A stretch of 64,000 bases of DNA from Candidatus Latescibacterota bacterium (GTDB taxonomy: Bacteria; Latescibacterota; UBA2968; UBA8231). Both the position numbers and the translations under genes were made by a program. Numbering within the stretch: position 1 is the first letter of the stretch; the number at the start of each line of letters is the position of its first letter. The stretch lies in NCBI GenBank assembly GCA_965221775.1, contig CBDCSU010000004.1:224001-288000 (forward strand), written 5' to 3'. Below the pieces are notes generated by a model. It was not told the origin of the DNA and ran no database searches. It was given only the letters and a program-made list of their open reading frames with translations. This document shows positions 52,918 through 61,948 of the stretch, one piece after another.

Positions 52918-55203
52918 ATGAAGGACGGCGGCATCGAGAGAGTGGCCGTTCTCGGCGCCGGGGTCATGGGCCGCCAGATCGCGGCGCTCATGGCCAACGC
53001 CGGACTCGAGGTCGACCTGCTCGACCTCCCCGAAGGCTCCGACGGGGCGGGCAGGGCGCGGGCCGGACTCGAGAGCCTGGGGCAGCTTCGGCCGAGCCCT
53101 CTCTTCCTGCCGGAAGCGGCGGAACGGATCCATCCCGGCTCCCTGAGCGGCACCCCGGACCTCGCCCGAGTCCAGTGGGTGGTCGAAGCCGTGGTCGAGG
53201 ACCTCCAGATCAAGCGCTCCCTCTACGAGCGTATTCACCCGGGTCTGGGGTCATCCACGATGCTGACCAGCAACACCTCCGGCCTTTCCATCGCCGCCCT
53301 CGCCGAGGGCCTTCCGGCAGACCTGCGGCGCCGGTTCCTCGGCGTCCACTTCTTCAATCCGCCGCGCTACATGAAGCTCGTCGAGCTGATCCCGGGGCCC
53401 GAGACCGCTCCCTCCCGGATGGAGGAGATGTCCACCTTCCTGCGCAGCCGCCTCGGCAAGGGGGTGGTCGCCTGCCGGGATACGCCGAACTTCATCGCCA
53501 ATCGGCTCGGTCTCTTCGCCGTCATGGACGCCCTGCGGCGCATGGAGGCCGACGGCCTCACCGTGGAGGAGGTCGACGCCGTCACCGGACCGGTGTTGGG
53601 ACGCCCCCGCAGCGCCACCTTGAGGCTGTGCGATCTCATCGGACTGGACACCCTCGTCCACGTGGCCCGCACGGCCCGGGACGGCCTGGAGCACGATCCC
53701 GGCCGCGGCATCTTCGAACCGGGCGACGGACTGCGCGCCATGGTCCAGGCCGGTCTCCTCGGAGACAAGGCCGGGAGCGGCTTCTACCGGAAGGGGGAGG
53801 GGGGCATCGAGGCCATCGACCCCGCCACCCTCGAGTACCGCGCCCGCCGTTCGGTCCGGCTCCCCCTCCCGACCCGGGGGGACCTCGGCGAGCGACTGGC
53901 CGCGGTGGCCGCCTCCGGCGAGGACCGCCTCGCCCGCCTGGCTCGCCACCACCTCTTCGCGACCCTGGGCTACTGCGCTGCCTGCGCAGCGGAGGTGGCC
54001 GACTCGCTGGAGGACATCGACCGGGTACTGCGCTGGGGCTTCCACTGGGAAGCCGGCCCCTTCGAGCAGATCGATCTCATCGGCGCCGGCGCCGTGATCA
54101 AGGGGTTGGAAGAGGCTGGCATCGAGCCGCCGGAGTTGCTCGCCCGCATCGCCGCCAGCGGCGCAGGGCGGGTCTATGGAAGCGAGTCGGGAGAACGCAC
54201 CGTGATGGCCCCGGACGGCGGGGGACACCGCCCTCTCCGCGCCTCGGGCCCCCCGACCGACGCGGAACTCATGGCGGCGGCGGATGTCCTGGGCGAATGC
54301 GAGACGGCGCGTCTGGTGCGGCTCGGTGACGGGGCGGCGGCGATCGAGCTGCGCGGCAAGCTCAACGTCCTCGGCCCCGGGTCCCTGGCCTTCACCCGCG
54401 ACGCGGCCGCCGAAGGCGGTTTCGATCTCCTGGTACTCACCGGGGCGGGGGAGCATCTGTCGGCCGGGGCCGACCTGAGGTATGTCCTGCAACGGATCGA
54501 TGCCGGCGCCTGGGCGGAGCTGGACGCGTATCTGCAGCTCTTTCAGCAGGCCACCGCGGCGGTGCGCTACGCGCCGATGCCGGTGGTCACGGCGGCGCGG
54601 GGCCTGGCCCTCGGCGGCGGTTGCGAGTTCAATCTCTCCGCCGCCTCCCGCGTGGCCGCCGCGGAACTGCGCCTCGGCCTCGTGGAGACCCGCATCGGGG
54701 TCGTGCCCGGGGCGGGAGGCTGCAAGGAGATGGTGCGGCGCTTCGGCGCGGAGGTCGATGCCTTCCTGCCGGCGCTTCAGGAGGGACGGATGTCCGACAA
54801 CGCGCCGCAGGCGCGGGCCTGGGGGTTCCTCGACGAGGCGGATGATATCCGGCTCGATGGCGACCGGCTTCTGGGTGCAGCGGTGACGAGGGCCCGGGAA
54901 CTACTCGTCCGAGGATGGTCCCCGCCGCAGCCACGGGAGCTGGCGGTGGCCGGTCCCGATGTGCTCGAGAGGCTGCACGCCGGGATCGACGCCGGTGCCG
55001 TGGAGGGCCGTCTGGGTGCGCACGACGTGGTCGTTGGCAAGGCCCTGGCCCGGGTCGTCTGCGGCGGCGGCGCCCGCGGCACGATCTCGGAGCAAGGGTT
55101 GCTCGACCTCGAGCGCGAAGCCTTCCTCGAACTCTGCGGAACCGCGGCCACCCGGGCGAGGATCGCCCACATGCTGGAAACCGGCAAACCCCTGCGCAAC
55201 TGA
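52918..55203 (+). CDS. 3-hydroxyacyl-CoA dehydrogenase/enoyl-CoA hydratase fusion (FadN-like)
   Basis: VLGAGVMG, EAVVE, SNTSG, HFFNPPRYM, FIANR; C-terminal GADL, GGGCE, LVE..G.VPGAGG. Confidence 0.92.
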   Translation: MKDGGIERVAVLGAGVMGRQIAALMANAGLEVDLLDLPEGSDGAGRARAGLESLGQLRPSPLFLPEAAERIHPGSLSGTPDLARVQWVVEAVVEDLQIKRSLYERIHPGLGSSTMLTSNTSGLSIAALAEGLPADLRRRFLGVHFFNPPRYMKLVELIPGPETAPSRMEEMSTFLRSRLGKGVVACRDTPNFIANRLGLFAVMDALRRMEADGLTVEEVDAVTGPVLGRPRSATLRLCDLIGLDTLVHVARTARDGLEHDPGRGIFEPGDGLRAMVQAGLLGDKAGSGFYRKGEGGIEAIDPATLEYRARRSVRLPLPTRGDLGERLAAVAASGEDRLARLARHHLFATLGYCAACAAEVADSLEDIDRVLRWGFHWEAGPFEQIDLIGAGAVIKGLEEAGIEPPELLARIAASGAGRVYGSESGERTVMAPDGGGHRPLRASGPPTDAELMAAADVLGECETARLVRLGDGAAAIELRGKLNVLGPGSLAFTRDAAAEGGFDLLVLTGAGEHLSAGADLRYVLQRIDAGAWAELDAYLQLFQQATAAVRYAPMPVVTAARGLALGGGCEFNLSAASRVAAAELRLGLVETRIGVVPGAGGCKEMVRRFGAEVDAFLPALQEGRMSDNAPQARAWGFLDEADDIRLDGDRLLGAAVTRARELLVRGWSPPQPRELAVAGPDVLERLHAGIDAGAVEGRLGAHDVVVGKALARVVCGGGARGTISEQGLLDLEREAFLELCGTAATRARIAHMLETGKPLRN

Positions 55204-55216
55204 AGGGAGAAAGCTC

Positions 55217-56662
55217 ATGGGACTGCGCACGGCGGCGGAGTACATGGAAGGACTGCGGGACGGACGCACCGTGTACTTCCATGGACAATCCGTGGCCGAT
55301 GTGACCGACCATCCCCATCTGGGCGTCGCCGCCCGGCACGCGGCCCTCGACTTCGAACTGGCCGAGGAGGGTCGGCACAGGGAGCTGTTCACCTGGGCCG
55401 ACGACGAGGGCTGCCTCCACAGTCGCTACTACAAGCGGCCCGAGTCGTCACGGGACTTGCTTAACCGGCGCGAGATGATCGAGACGTCGACGCGCCGCGG
55501 CCGCAGCGTCGTGCTCCTGGTCAAGGAGATCGGAACCGACGCCCTCTTCGCCCTCGACCTGGTGACGCGGGTTGTCGACGACAAGGCTGGTACCGCGTAC
55601 AACGACCGGGTCGCTTCCTTTCACCGACGCTGCCGGGACCTCGACCTGACCTTGGCCGTGGCGCAGACCGACGTCAAGGGCGACCGAAGCCTGTTGCCGT
55701 CGCAGCAGGCGCATCCCGACTACTACGTGCGCATCGTCGAGGAGCGCGACGACGGCATCGTCGTACGGGGCGCCAAAGCCCACACGACGGGAACCCCCGT
55801 CGTCGACGAGGTCGTCGTGCTGCCCACGAGGGCGATTGGCGCGGAGGACGCCGCCTACGCCGTCTCCTTTGCCGTGCCGGTCGACAGCCCGGGAGTCAAG
55901 CTCCTGACCAGCCCCTTCGGCGCCGCCGAGGGCGACAGCTCCTTCCACTACCCGGTCAGCTCACGGCATCGACTGGTGGACACCCTCACCGTGTTCGAGG
56001 ACGTCTTCGTGCCCAAGGAGCGGGTCTTCCTGCAGGGGGAGTGGCAGGCGGCCGGCTTTCTGGCCAACACTTTCGTGGAGTTCCACCGGTTCACGGCGGT
56101 CTCCTACAAGCCGCCGTTGTGCGACCTCTTCATCGGCGCCGCGGCTCTGCTCGCCGAGTACAACGGCATCGAGAAAGCCGGCCATGTTCGCGAGAAGCTG
56201 ACGCAGTTGATCGCCTGGACCGAGACCGTGCGCGGCCTGAGCCGGGCGGCGGCCCACGACTGCCGCATCACCGACTCCGGTCTCGCCGTGCCCGACGTGG
56301 TGCTCACCAACCTCGCCAAGTACCACTTCGCCGCCCGCTACCACGACGCGATCCGCTGGGTGCAGGACATCGCCGGCGGCCTAGTCGTGACGGGCCCTTC
56401 GGAGCAGGACATGGACAGCCCCGAGACCCGTCCGTACATCGACCGGTTCCTCGGCGGCAGCGGCGCCGGGGCGTCGGACAGACTGAAGGCGATGAACCTG
56501 GTGCGGGACCTGACCGCCTCCGACTTCGGCGGTTACAACCAGTTCCTCGCAATCCACGCCGAGGGGTCCCTGGAAGCTCAGAAGATCACCATCCACCGGG
56601 ACTACGATATCGACCGCTGCAAGGGCCTGGCGGCCGAAGCGATCGGCGTCGATCGCGGCTGA
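55217..56662 (+). CDS. HpaB/AbfD superfamily flavoprotein
   Basis: EY..GLRDGR, AQTDVKGDRS, DGIVVRGAKAH.T, FEDVFVP.ERVF, DIAGG, H.EGS. Confidence 0.85.
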   Translation: MGLRTAAEYMEGLRDGRTVYFHGQSVADVTDHPHLGVAARHAALDFELAEEGRHRELFTWADDEGCLHSRYYKRPESSRDLLNRREMIETSTRRGRSVVLLVKEIGTDALFALDLVTRVVDDKAGTAYNDRVASFHRRCRDLDLTLAVAQTDVKGDRSLLPSQQAHPDYYVRIVEERDDGIVVRGAKAHTTGTPVVDEVVVLPTRAIGAEDAAYAVSFAVPVDSPGVKLLTSPFGAAEGDSSFHYPVSSRHRLVDTLTVFEDVFVPKERVFLQGEWQAAGFLANTFVEFHRFTAVSYKPPLCDLFIGAAALLAEYNGIEKAGHVREKLTQLIAWTETVRGLSRAAAHDCRITDSGLAVPDVVLTNLAKYHFAARYHDAIRWVQDIAGGLVVTGPSEQDMDSPETRPYIDRFLGGSGAGASDRLKAMNLVRDLTASDFGGYNQFLAIHAEGSLEAQKITIHRDYDIDRCKGLAAEAIGVDRG

Positions 56663-56678
56663 GGGGAACGAAGGCCGA

Positions 56679-57455
56679 TCAGGCGGCGGTCCAGCCGCCG
56701 TCGACGTACAAGGTGGTGCCGGTGATGTAGCTGGCCGCCTCCGAAGCCAGGAAGACCACGGCCCATGCCACCTCCTCGGGCCGTCCGAAGCGGCCCAGGG
56801 GTGTGCGTTCCTCCACCCAGCCGCGCAGCTTGTCCCGCTTCTTGACCTCCGCCGTCATCTCCGTGTCGATGTACGCCGGGGCCACCGCATTCACCCGTAC
56901 CCCCCGGGAAGCCCACTCCACCGCCAGGGTGCGGGTCAGCGACGCGAGGGCGGCTTTGGAGGCCGAGTACGCGGCCAGCCTCGGGAGGGTCCGGTCGGCG
57001 CCGATGGAAGTCAGGTTGACCACCGAGCCACGGCCTCTGTTGAGCATCGCCGGCCCCAGGTGACGGATGACGCGGAAGGTGCCGTCGAGGTTGACGCGCA
57101 GGACCTCGCTCCACTCCTCGTCGCTCCAGGTCTCGGCGGCTTTCACGAAGGGGCTCACGGCGGCGTTGTTCACCAGTACGTCCACACCTTCGGGCCACTC
57201 TCCCGAGATACGTTCCCCCAGCAACTCGATGCCGTCGGTCGTGCCCAGGTCGGCGGGTACGGCGATGGCCCGTCCGCCCGATGCCTCCACCCTGGCCACC
57301 GTCTCCCGCAACTGGGACTCGGTGCGGCTCGTGACGGCGACTTCGGCGCCGGACCGGGCGAGGGCCATGGCGCAGGCCCGGCCGATCCCTCGGCCCCCGC
57401 CGGTCACCAGGGCCCGCCGGCCCTGCAGACCAAAAGGGGAGGCATGGTCTGTCAT
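56679..57455 (-). CDS. Short-chain dehydrogenase/reductase
   Basis: TGGGRGIG, NNAA, YSASK, VNAVAP, VDGGW. Confidence 0.93.
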   Translation of the reverse strand: MTDHASPFGLQGRRALVTGGGRGIGRACAMALARSGAEVAVTSRTESQLRETVARVEASGGRAIAVPADLGTTDGIELLGERISGEWPEGVDVLVNNAAVSPFVKAAETWSDEEWSEVLRVNLDGTFRVIRHLGPAMLNRGRGSVVNLTSIGADRTLPRLAAYSASKAALASLTRTLAVEWASRGVRVNAVAPAYIDTEMTAEVKKRDKLRGWVEERTPLGRFGRPEEVAWAVVFLASEAASYITGTTLYVDGGWTAA

Positions 57456-57596
57456 CGTGGTCCTTTCGTCATGCGGTGAGCGCCCAATATAGCCATCGAA
57501 GGTGACTCCCTGTGGCAGCCGCCCTTGGCCCGGGAACCGCTGGACATCCCGAAGGGTCGGAGCGGTGGTTCCCCCTCTCCCGTTCGTCAACAGGGG

Positions 57597-57625
57597 TTGA
57601 TATCCGCCATCCCTGACGTTATACT
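57597..57625 (+). promoter_or_regulatory. Sigma70 promoter of the sigma factor gene
   Basis: TTGATA-17 bp-TATACT. Confidence 0.7.
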
Positions 57626-57876
57626 CTCACGGTTCGCGGGGCCCTACCCCCTCCGGTTTCACTCTCCCCGCGCCCCCTTCCTTTCCCTTCGAGCAATCCT
57701 CACGAGTCAGCGCGCCCGTCTCCCGCGGTGCGTGGTCCGGCCCTTCTCCTCCCCCGTGCTCTCCCGGTTCGACAGAGGCTCGGTTTCTCGTAGTCTGTTC
57801 CGAGCCGCTGCCCGTCCTCTCCCTCTCCCGGCCAAGGGGAGGGGGCACACCCGCCAGAATGGAGGGGTGTAATCGC

Positions 57877-58731
57877 ATGTCGTCATCAACGTTGCAGACC
57901 GATACCCTGGTCGATCGCTACTTCCACGAGATCGAGAACTCGGTCGGACTCTCCGCTGCCGAGGAGGTCAAAGTCGCCGAGCGGATCCGGGATGGCGACG
58001 AGGGGGCCTTGGGCGAGTTGGTTCAGGCCAACCTGCGCTTCGTCGTCAGTGTCGCCAAGCAGTACCAGAATCTCGGACTCCCCTTGTCGGACCTGATCAA
58101 CGAGGGCAACCTCGGCCTGATGACCGCCGCCCGCCGCTTCGACGGGTCCAAGGGGTTCAAGTTCATCTCCTACGCCGTCTGGTGGATCCGGCAGGCGATC
58201 CTGCAGGCCTTGGCCGAGCAGTCCAGGATCGTGCGTCTGCCCCTCAACCGCATCGGCGAGCTGACCAAGGTGAACAAGTGCCTCACGCGCCTGGAGCAGC
58301 GCCTCGGCCGCGCCCCCGAAGTCGAAGAGATCGCCGCGGAGCTGAAGGCCAACCCCGACGACATGGAGATGGTCCTGCGCCTGGCCCAGCGGCCCGTGTC
58401 GCTGGAGACACCGTGCGACGAGCAGGAACCGGACCGCCGACTTGGAGACCTGCTTCCGGACGAAACCCTGAGGGCCTTCGACGAGGTCCTGTCGGAAGGA
58501 AACCTCCGCGAGGAGATCCGGACGGCCATGGGCGCCCTGCCCCGCGGCGAGGCGCGCGTGCTGCGCATGTACTACGGCCTCGACGGCCAGGAGCCGATGA
58601 CCCTGGAGGAGATCGGCAAGTACGTGGGGCGCACGCGCGAACGGGTTCGCCAGATCAAGGAGAAGGCTCTGCAGAAGCTCCGGCACCCGAACCGCAGCGA
58701 GGTGCTCAAGGAGTACTACGGAGAGGGCTGA
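57877..58731 (+). CDS. RNA polymerase sigma70 factor (RpoD/RpoS-like, no region 1.1)
   Basis: ANLRFVVSVAKQY, DLINEGNLGL, KFISYAVWWIRQAI, TLEEIG...TRERVRQI; GGAGGGG RBS. Confidence 0.93.
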   Translation: MSSSTLQTDTLVDRYFHEIENSVGLSAAEEVKVAERIRDGDEGALGELVQANLRFVVSVAKQYQNLGLPLSDLINEGNLGLMTAARRFDGSKGFKFISYAVWWIRQAILQALAEQSRIVRLPLNRIGELTKVNKCLTRLEQRLGRAPEVEEIAAELKANPDDMEMVLRLAQRPVSLETPCDEQEPDRRLGDLLPDETLRAFDEVLSEGNLREEIRTAMGALPRGEARVLRMYYGLDGQEPMTLEEIGKYVGRTRERVRQIKEKALQKLRHPNRSEVLKEYYGEG

Positions 58732-58761
58732 TCGATCGTCGTTCGAGGGGCGCTCCCTCGG

Positions 58762-58789
58762 TTGACAGGGCACAACCCTCCGGTATCTT
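58762..58789 (+). promoter_or_regulatory. Sigma70 promoter of tRNA-Asn
   Basis: TTGACA-16 bp-TATCTT. Confidence 0.65.
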
Positions 58790-58821
58790 TTTTCTGGTTC
58801 GTGCGCCGACTTCCATGCGGT

Positions 58822-58897
58822 TCCGGCGTAGCTCAGTTGGCAGAGCGGGTGGCTGTTAACCACTTAGTCGTAGGTTCGAGTCCTACCGCCGGAGCCA
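58822..58897 (+). tRNA. tRNA-Asn (anticodon GTT)
   Basis: TCCGGCG-TAGCTCAGTTGGCAGAGC-GGTGG CT GTT AA CCACT-GGTTCGAGTCC-CGCCGGA-G-CCA; 76 nt. Confidence 0.97.
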
Positions 58898-58936
58898 AAT
58901 AACCACGCCGCTGAGGTTCGCGGTCCTGGCCGGTCG

Positions 58937-58965
58937 AGACCCCGAGGGGATGCCTTTCGGGGTCT
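58937..58965 (+). terminator. Hairpin downstream of tRNA-Asn
   Basis: AGACCCCGAGGG...CCTTTCGGGGTCT. Confidence 0.65.
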
Positions 58966-59007
58966 TGCCGTACCTGGACCCCGTCCCATCGATCTCGACA
59001 GGCCGAC

Positions 59008-60225
59008 ATGATCTGGCCGTGCAAGAGACTCGACTTCAGCTGGTCCGACTGGCTCTTCGCCCTGGGGAGATGCCTGAGGCCGCCCCGTGGGCAGGACATG
59101 GCCGCCCGAGTGGAGCGTCTGTGGTCGGCGGAGGGGGACGCCATCGCCTGCCTCACGGTTCGCTCCGCTTTCGACCTGTTCCTGCGGGCGAAGCGGTGGG
59201 GGGCCGGCGACGAGATCATCTTCACCGCCCTCACCGTGCCCGACATGCCACGCATCGCCCGGGAGCACGGGCTGAGGGTTGTGCCCCTCGACATCGATCC
59301 CCTGACCGCCGCCTGGGACTTGGACGCCCTGGAGCGATGCATCGGGCCTCGCACGAGAGCCGTCGTGCTCACGCACCTCTTCGGCGCCCGCCTCGACGTG
59401 GAACCGGCCATGGCCGTCGCCCGGCGGCACGGCATCGCCGTGGTGGAGGACTGCGCCCAGGCCTACCGCGGACCGGGCCGGAATGGCCACCCCGCGGCCG
59501 ACCTGTCGCTCTTTTCCTTCGGTCCCATGAAGACCGCCACCTCCCTGGGCGGCGCCGTGGCCCGCGTCCGCCAGCCCGAGGTGCGCCTGGGAATGGCCGC
59601 GTTCCTCGAGCAGTACCCCATGCAGTCCACGGGCGAGTTCACGCGCCGGGTGCTGCTCTACGGCCTGTTGAAGGCGGCCTCCAATCCAACCCTCTACGGG
59701 GCCCTGGTATTCCTGGCGGAGCTTCTGGGGCTCCATCGGGAGCGGTGGATCCATGGGCTCACCCGCAACGTGCCCCGCCACGACCTGCTGGGTCACATCC
59801 GCCGCCGGCCCTGCGCCGCCCTTCTGAGTCTCCTCGAGCGCAGGCTCCAGGAAGGCGACGCGCCGGTGGCGCGGCGCACCGCACCCGGCGAGATCCTCTT
59901 CCGCGCCCTCGGCGGTGAGGTGCAGGTGCCGACGCGCGCCTCCCGCGCACACGCGTACTGGATCATCCCGGTACTGGCCGCCAACCGCGACGAGTTGAAA
60001 GTCTCCCTTCGCCGCCACGGCTTCGATCCCATGTCGGAACGGCTGAGCGTCGTCTGCGAAGAGGGGATGGAAGCTCCCGGAGCCGGGCGCCTGTCGGAGT
60101 CCGTCTACCTGCCCTTCGATCCGGGCATGCCCGCAGCGGAGCTCGAGCGGCTCGGGGCCCTGGTGACTCGTCTGGCCGCCGTGGACCGCCCCCGCGAGGC
60201 GGCCGTGCCACCGGCGCTCTCCTGA
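59008..60225 (+). CDS. DegT/DnrJ/EryC1/StrS-like PLP-dependent protein
   Basis: GDEII, PLDID, THLFG, VEDCAQA, FSFGPMK. Confidence 0.85.
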   Translation: MIWPCKRLDFSWSDWLFALGRCLRPPRGQDMAARVERLWSAEGDAIACLTVRSAFDLFLRAKRWGAGDEIIFTALTVPDMPRIAREHGLRVVPLDIDPLTAAWDLDALERCIGPRTRAVVLTHLFGARLDVEPAMAVARRHGIAVVEDCAQAYRGPGRNGHPAADLSLFSFGPMKTATSLGGAVARVRQPEVRLGMAAFLEQYPMQSTGEFTRRVLLYGLLKAASNPTLYGALVFLAELLGLHRERWIHGLTRNVPRHDLLGHIRRRPCAALLSLLERRLQEGDAPVARRTAPGEILFRALGGEVQVPTRASRAHAYWIIPVLAANRDELKVSLRRHGFDPMSERLSVVCEEGMEAPGAGRLSESVYLPFDPGMPAAELERLGALVTRLAAVDRPREAAVPPALS

Positions 60226-60228
60226 GGA

Positions 60229-61926
60229 ATGGGCCGCGAGGCGATTTCAGGCCTGGGGCGGGTCCGCGTGGGGGCCGCGTGCGAGCGCGATCTGGAGGGG
60301 GCCGGCTATCTCTTCGACGGCTACCTCGTGGCCGACGATGCGCTGCTGGTCGGCGCCGAGGCCTCCGACCACTTCGGGCTTGTGCTGGCCCGCCACGGGA
60401 TCGACGGAGTCCTCGACCGTCTGAACGGTTGCTACCGGTACGTGGTCAAGCAGGAGGGGCGGGTGTGGTTCGGCATCGACCACTTCGGGGGAGCCGCCCT
60501 GTTCTACCAGCTGGCCCCGGAGCTGAGCCTCTTCGACGACCCTTCCGCTCACGTGCGCAACCCGGACTACAGCGACGCCGCGGTCTGTTGTCTCCTGGCC
60601 TCGGGTTTCACCCTCGATGACGAGACCATCTACACGGGGATCCGGGAGTGCGGCTCCGGCGTTCTCTACGAGTTCGAGACCGCCACCGGACAGCTGCGCC
60701 AGAGGACGTGGTTCAAGTTCAACCTCCACCCCCGAAGCGACTGCGATCCGGACGAGCTGGAAGCGGCCCTGCTGCGCTCCCTGCCGCGCCTGGCCCCCCG
60801 GGAGGGGAGCTACCTGCTTCCCCTCAGCGGCGGCCTGGACTCGCGGACCATACTCGCCCTCGCCCTGAAGCGCGGCCAGCCCCTGGAGGCCCTGACCTAC
60901 GGAGTGCCCGGGGCGATGGACTCTTCCATACCCGGCCGGATCTGCGCCGAGCTGGGGCTGCGCCACACCACCATGCCTACGGCAAATGCAGAAGGCAAGG
61001 CCTGGTTCGAGAGCGCGGACATGAGGGAGATGGTGAAGGCCATGCACCTGGGCCGCAGCCTTCCCGAGGAGTCCGACTGGCGGCCCATGGCCCGGCTCGG
61101 CCCCGGTCCCTTCGTCGTCTGCCCGGGCCACGGGGGGGACTGGCTGACGGGCTCCTTCATCGACGCCCGCCTCCTCCACACCCGGACCCTGGAGGGCCTG
61201 GTCGAGTACCTTCTCGACTTTCACTGCAGCCTCACGGCGATCTCGAGCCCCGGCTTCGCGGAGCTGCTGCGGGAGAGGATCCGCCGCAGCCTGGCCGCCA
61301 TCGCCCCCGATTGCGCAGAGGACCCCCTGGCCTGTGCCGAGCGCTGGAACCTGGAGCACCGGCAGAGGAAGTACATCGTCAACTCGGCCAGGAAGTACCG
61401 GTACCTGGGCATGCACACGTACCTGCCGTTCTTCGACCGGAACCTGATGTCGCTCTTCATGAACCTGAAGACGCGGCACCGGACCCGCCAGCGTGCGTAC
61501 GTCGGGTTTCTCGGCGGCCGCCTCTACACCGGATGTCTCGCGGCTCTGCGCCGCATCGACAACACCCGGTGGGATTTCGACGCCGATCTGCCCGGGATGG
61601 GGAGGCCATCGCCGCGGGAGGTGCTGCACCAGCGGCTGCGGGAGCTCGATCGCAGGAAGTACCGCAAGCGCTTCCTCGTCTCCTCATTGGAGGGCTACGA
61701 CGATGCGGCGGCGATGCTGAGTCCCCGGGACAAGGCCTCCTTCCTGCGGCAGAAAGTGGATGAAGCCTTTCCGCTCCTCCACCCCTGCGTGGAGCAGCTC
61801 CGGGGCCTCGGCTGCCAGGAGTCGGCCCGTCACGTGAGCTGGATCCTGAGGCAACAGGTATCCCAGATGAACCCCGTGGGGCTCTTCGTCTGCGCCTTCC
61901 TTCCATACCTGCTCGAGGTCGAATAG
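60229..61926 (+). CDS. Asparagine synthase-related ATP-dependent amidoligase
   Basis: LNG..., D.FG...LFY, PLSGGLDSR PP-loop, PGH.GD, RQRK, LPFFD; no N-terminal Cys. Confidence 0.75.
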   Translation: MGREAISGLGRVRVGAACERDLEGAGYLFDGYLVADDALLVGAEASDHFGLVLARHGIDGVLDRLNGCYRYVVKQEGRVWFGIDHFGGAALFYQLAPELSLFDDPSAHVRNPDYSDAAVCCLLASGFTLDDETIYTGIRECGSGVLYEFETATGQLRQRTWFKFNLHPRSDCDPDELEAALLRSLPRLAPREGSYLLPLSGGLDSRTILALALKRGQPLEALTYGVPGAMDSSIPGRICAELGLRHTTMPTANAEGKAWFESADMREMVKAMHLGRSLPEESDWRPMARLGPGPFVVCPGHGGDWLTGSFIDARLLHTRTLEGLVEYLLDFHCSLTAISSPGFAELLRERIRRSLAAIAPDCAEDPLACAERWNLEHRQRKYIVNSARKYRYLGMHTYLPFFDRNLMSLFMNLKTRHRTRQRAYVGFLGGRLYTGCLAALRRIDNTRWDFDADLPGMGRPSPREVLHQRLRELDRRKYRKRFLVSSLEGYDDAAAMLSPRDKASFLRQKVDEAFPLLHPCVEQLRGLGCQESARHVSWILRQQVSQMNPVGLFVCAFLPYLLEVE

Positions 61927-61948
61927 CCCCGAGCCGGCCGCATTATCG

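Noticed and set aside
55217-56662. Calling the gene abfD as a marker of a 4-hydroxybutyrate carbon-fixation cycle
   Set aside because: The Fe-S cysteine ligands are missing and no other cycle genes are present
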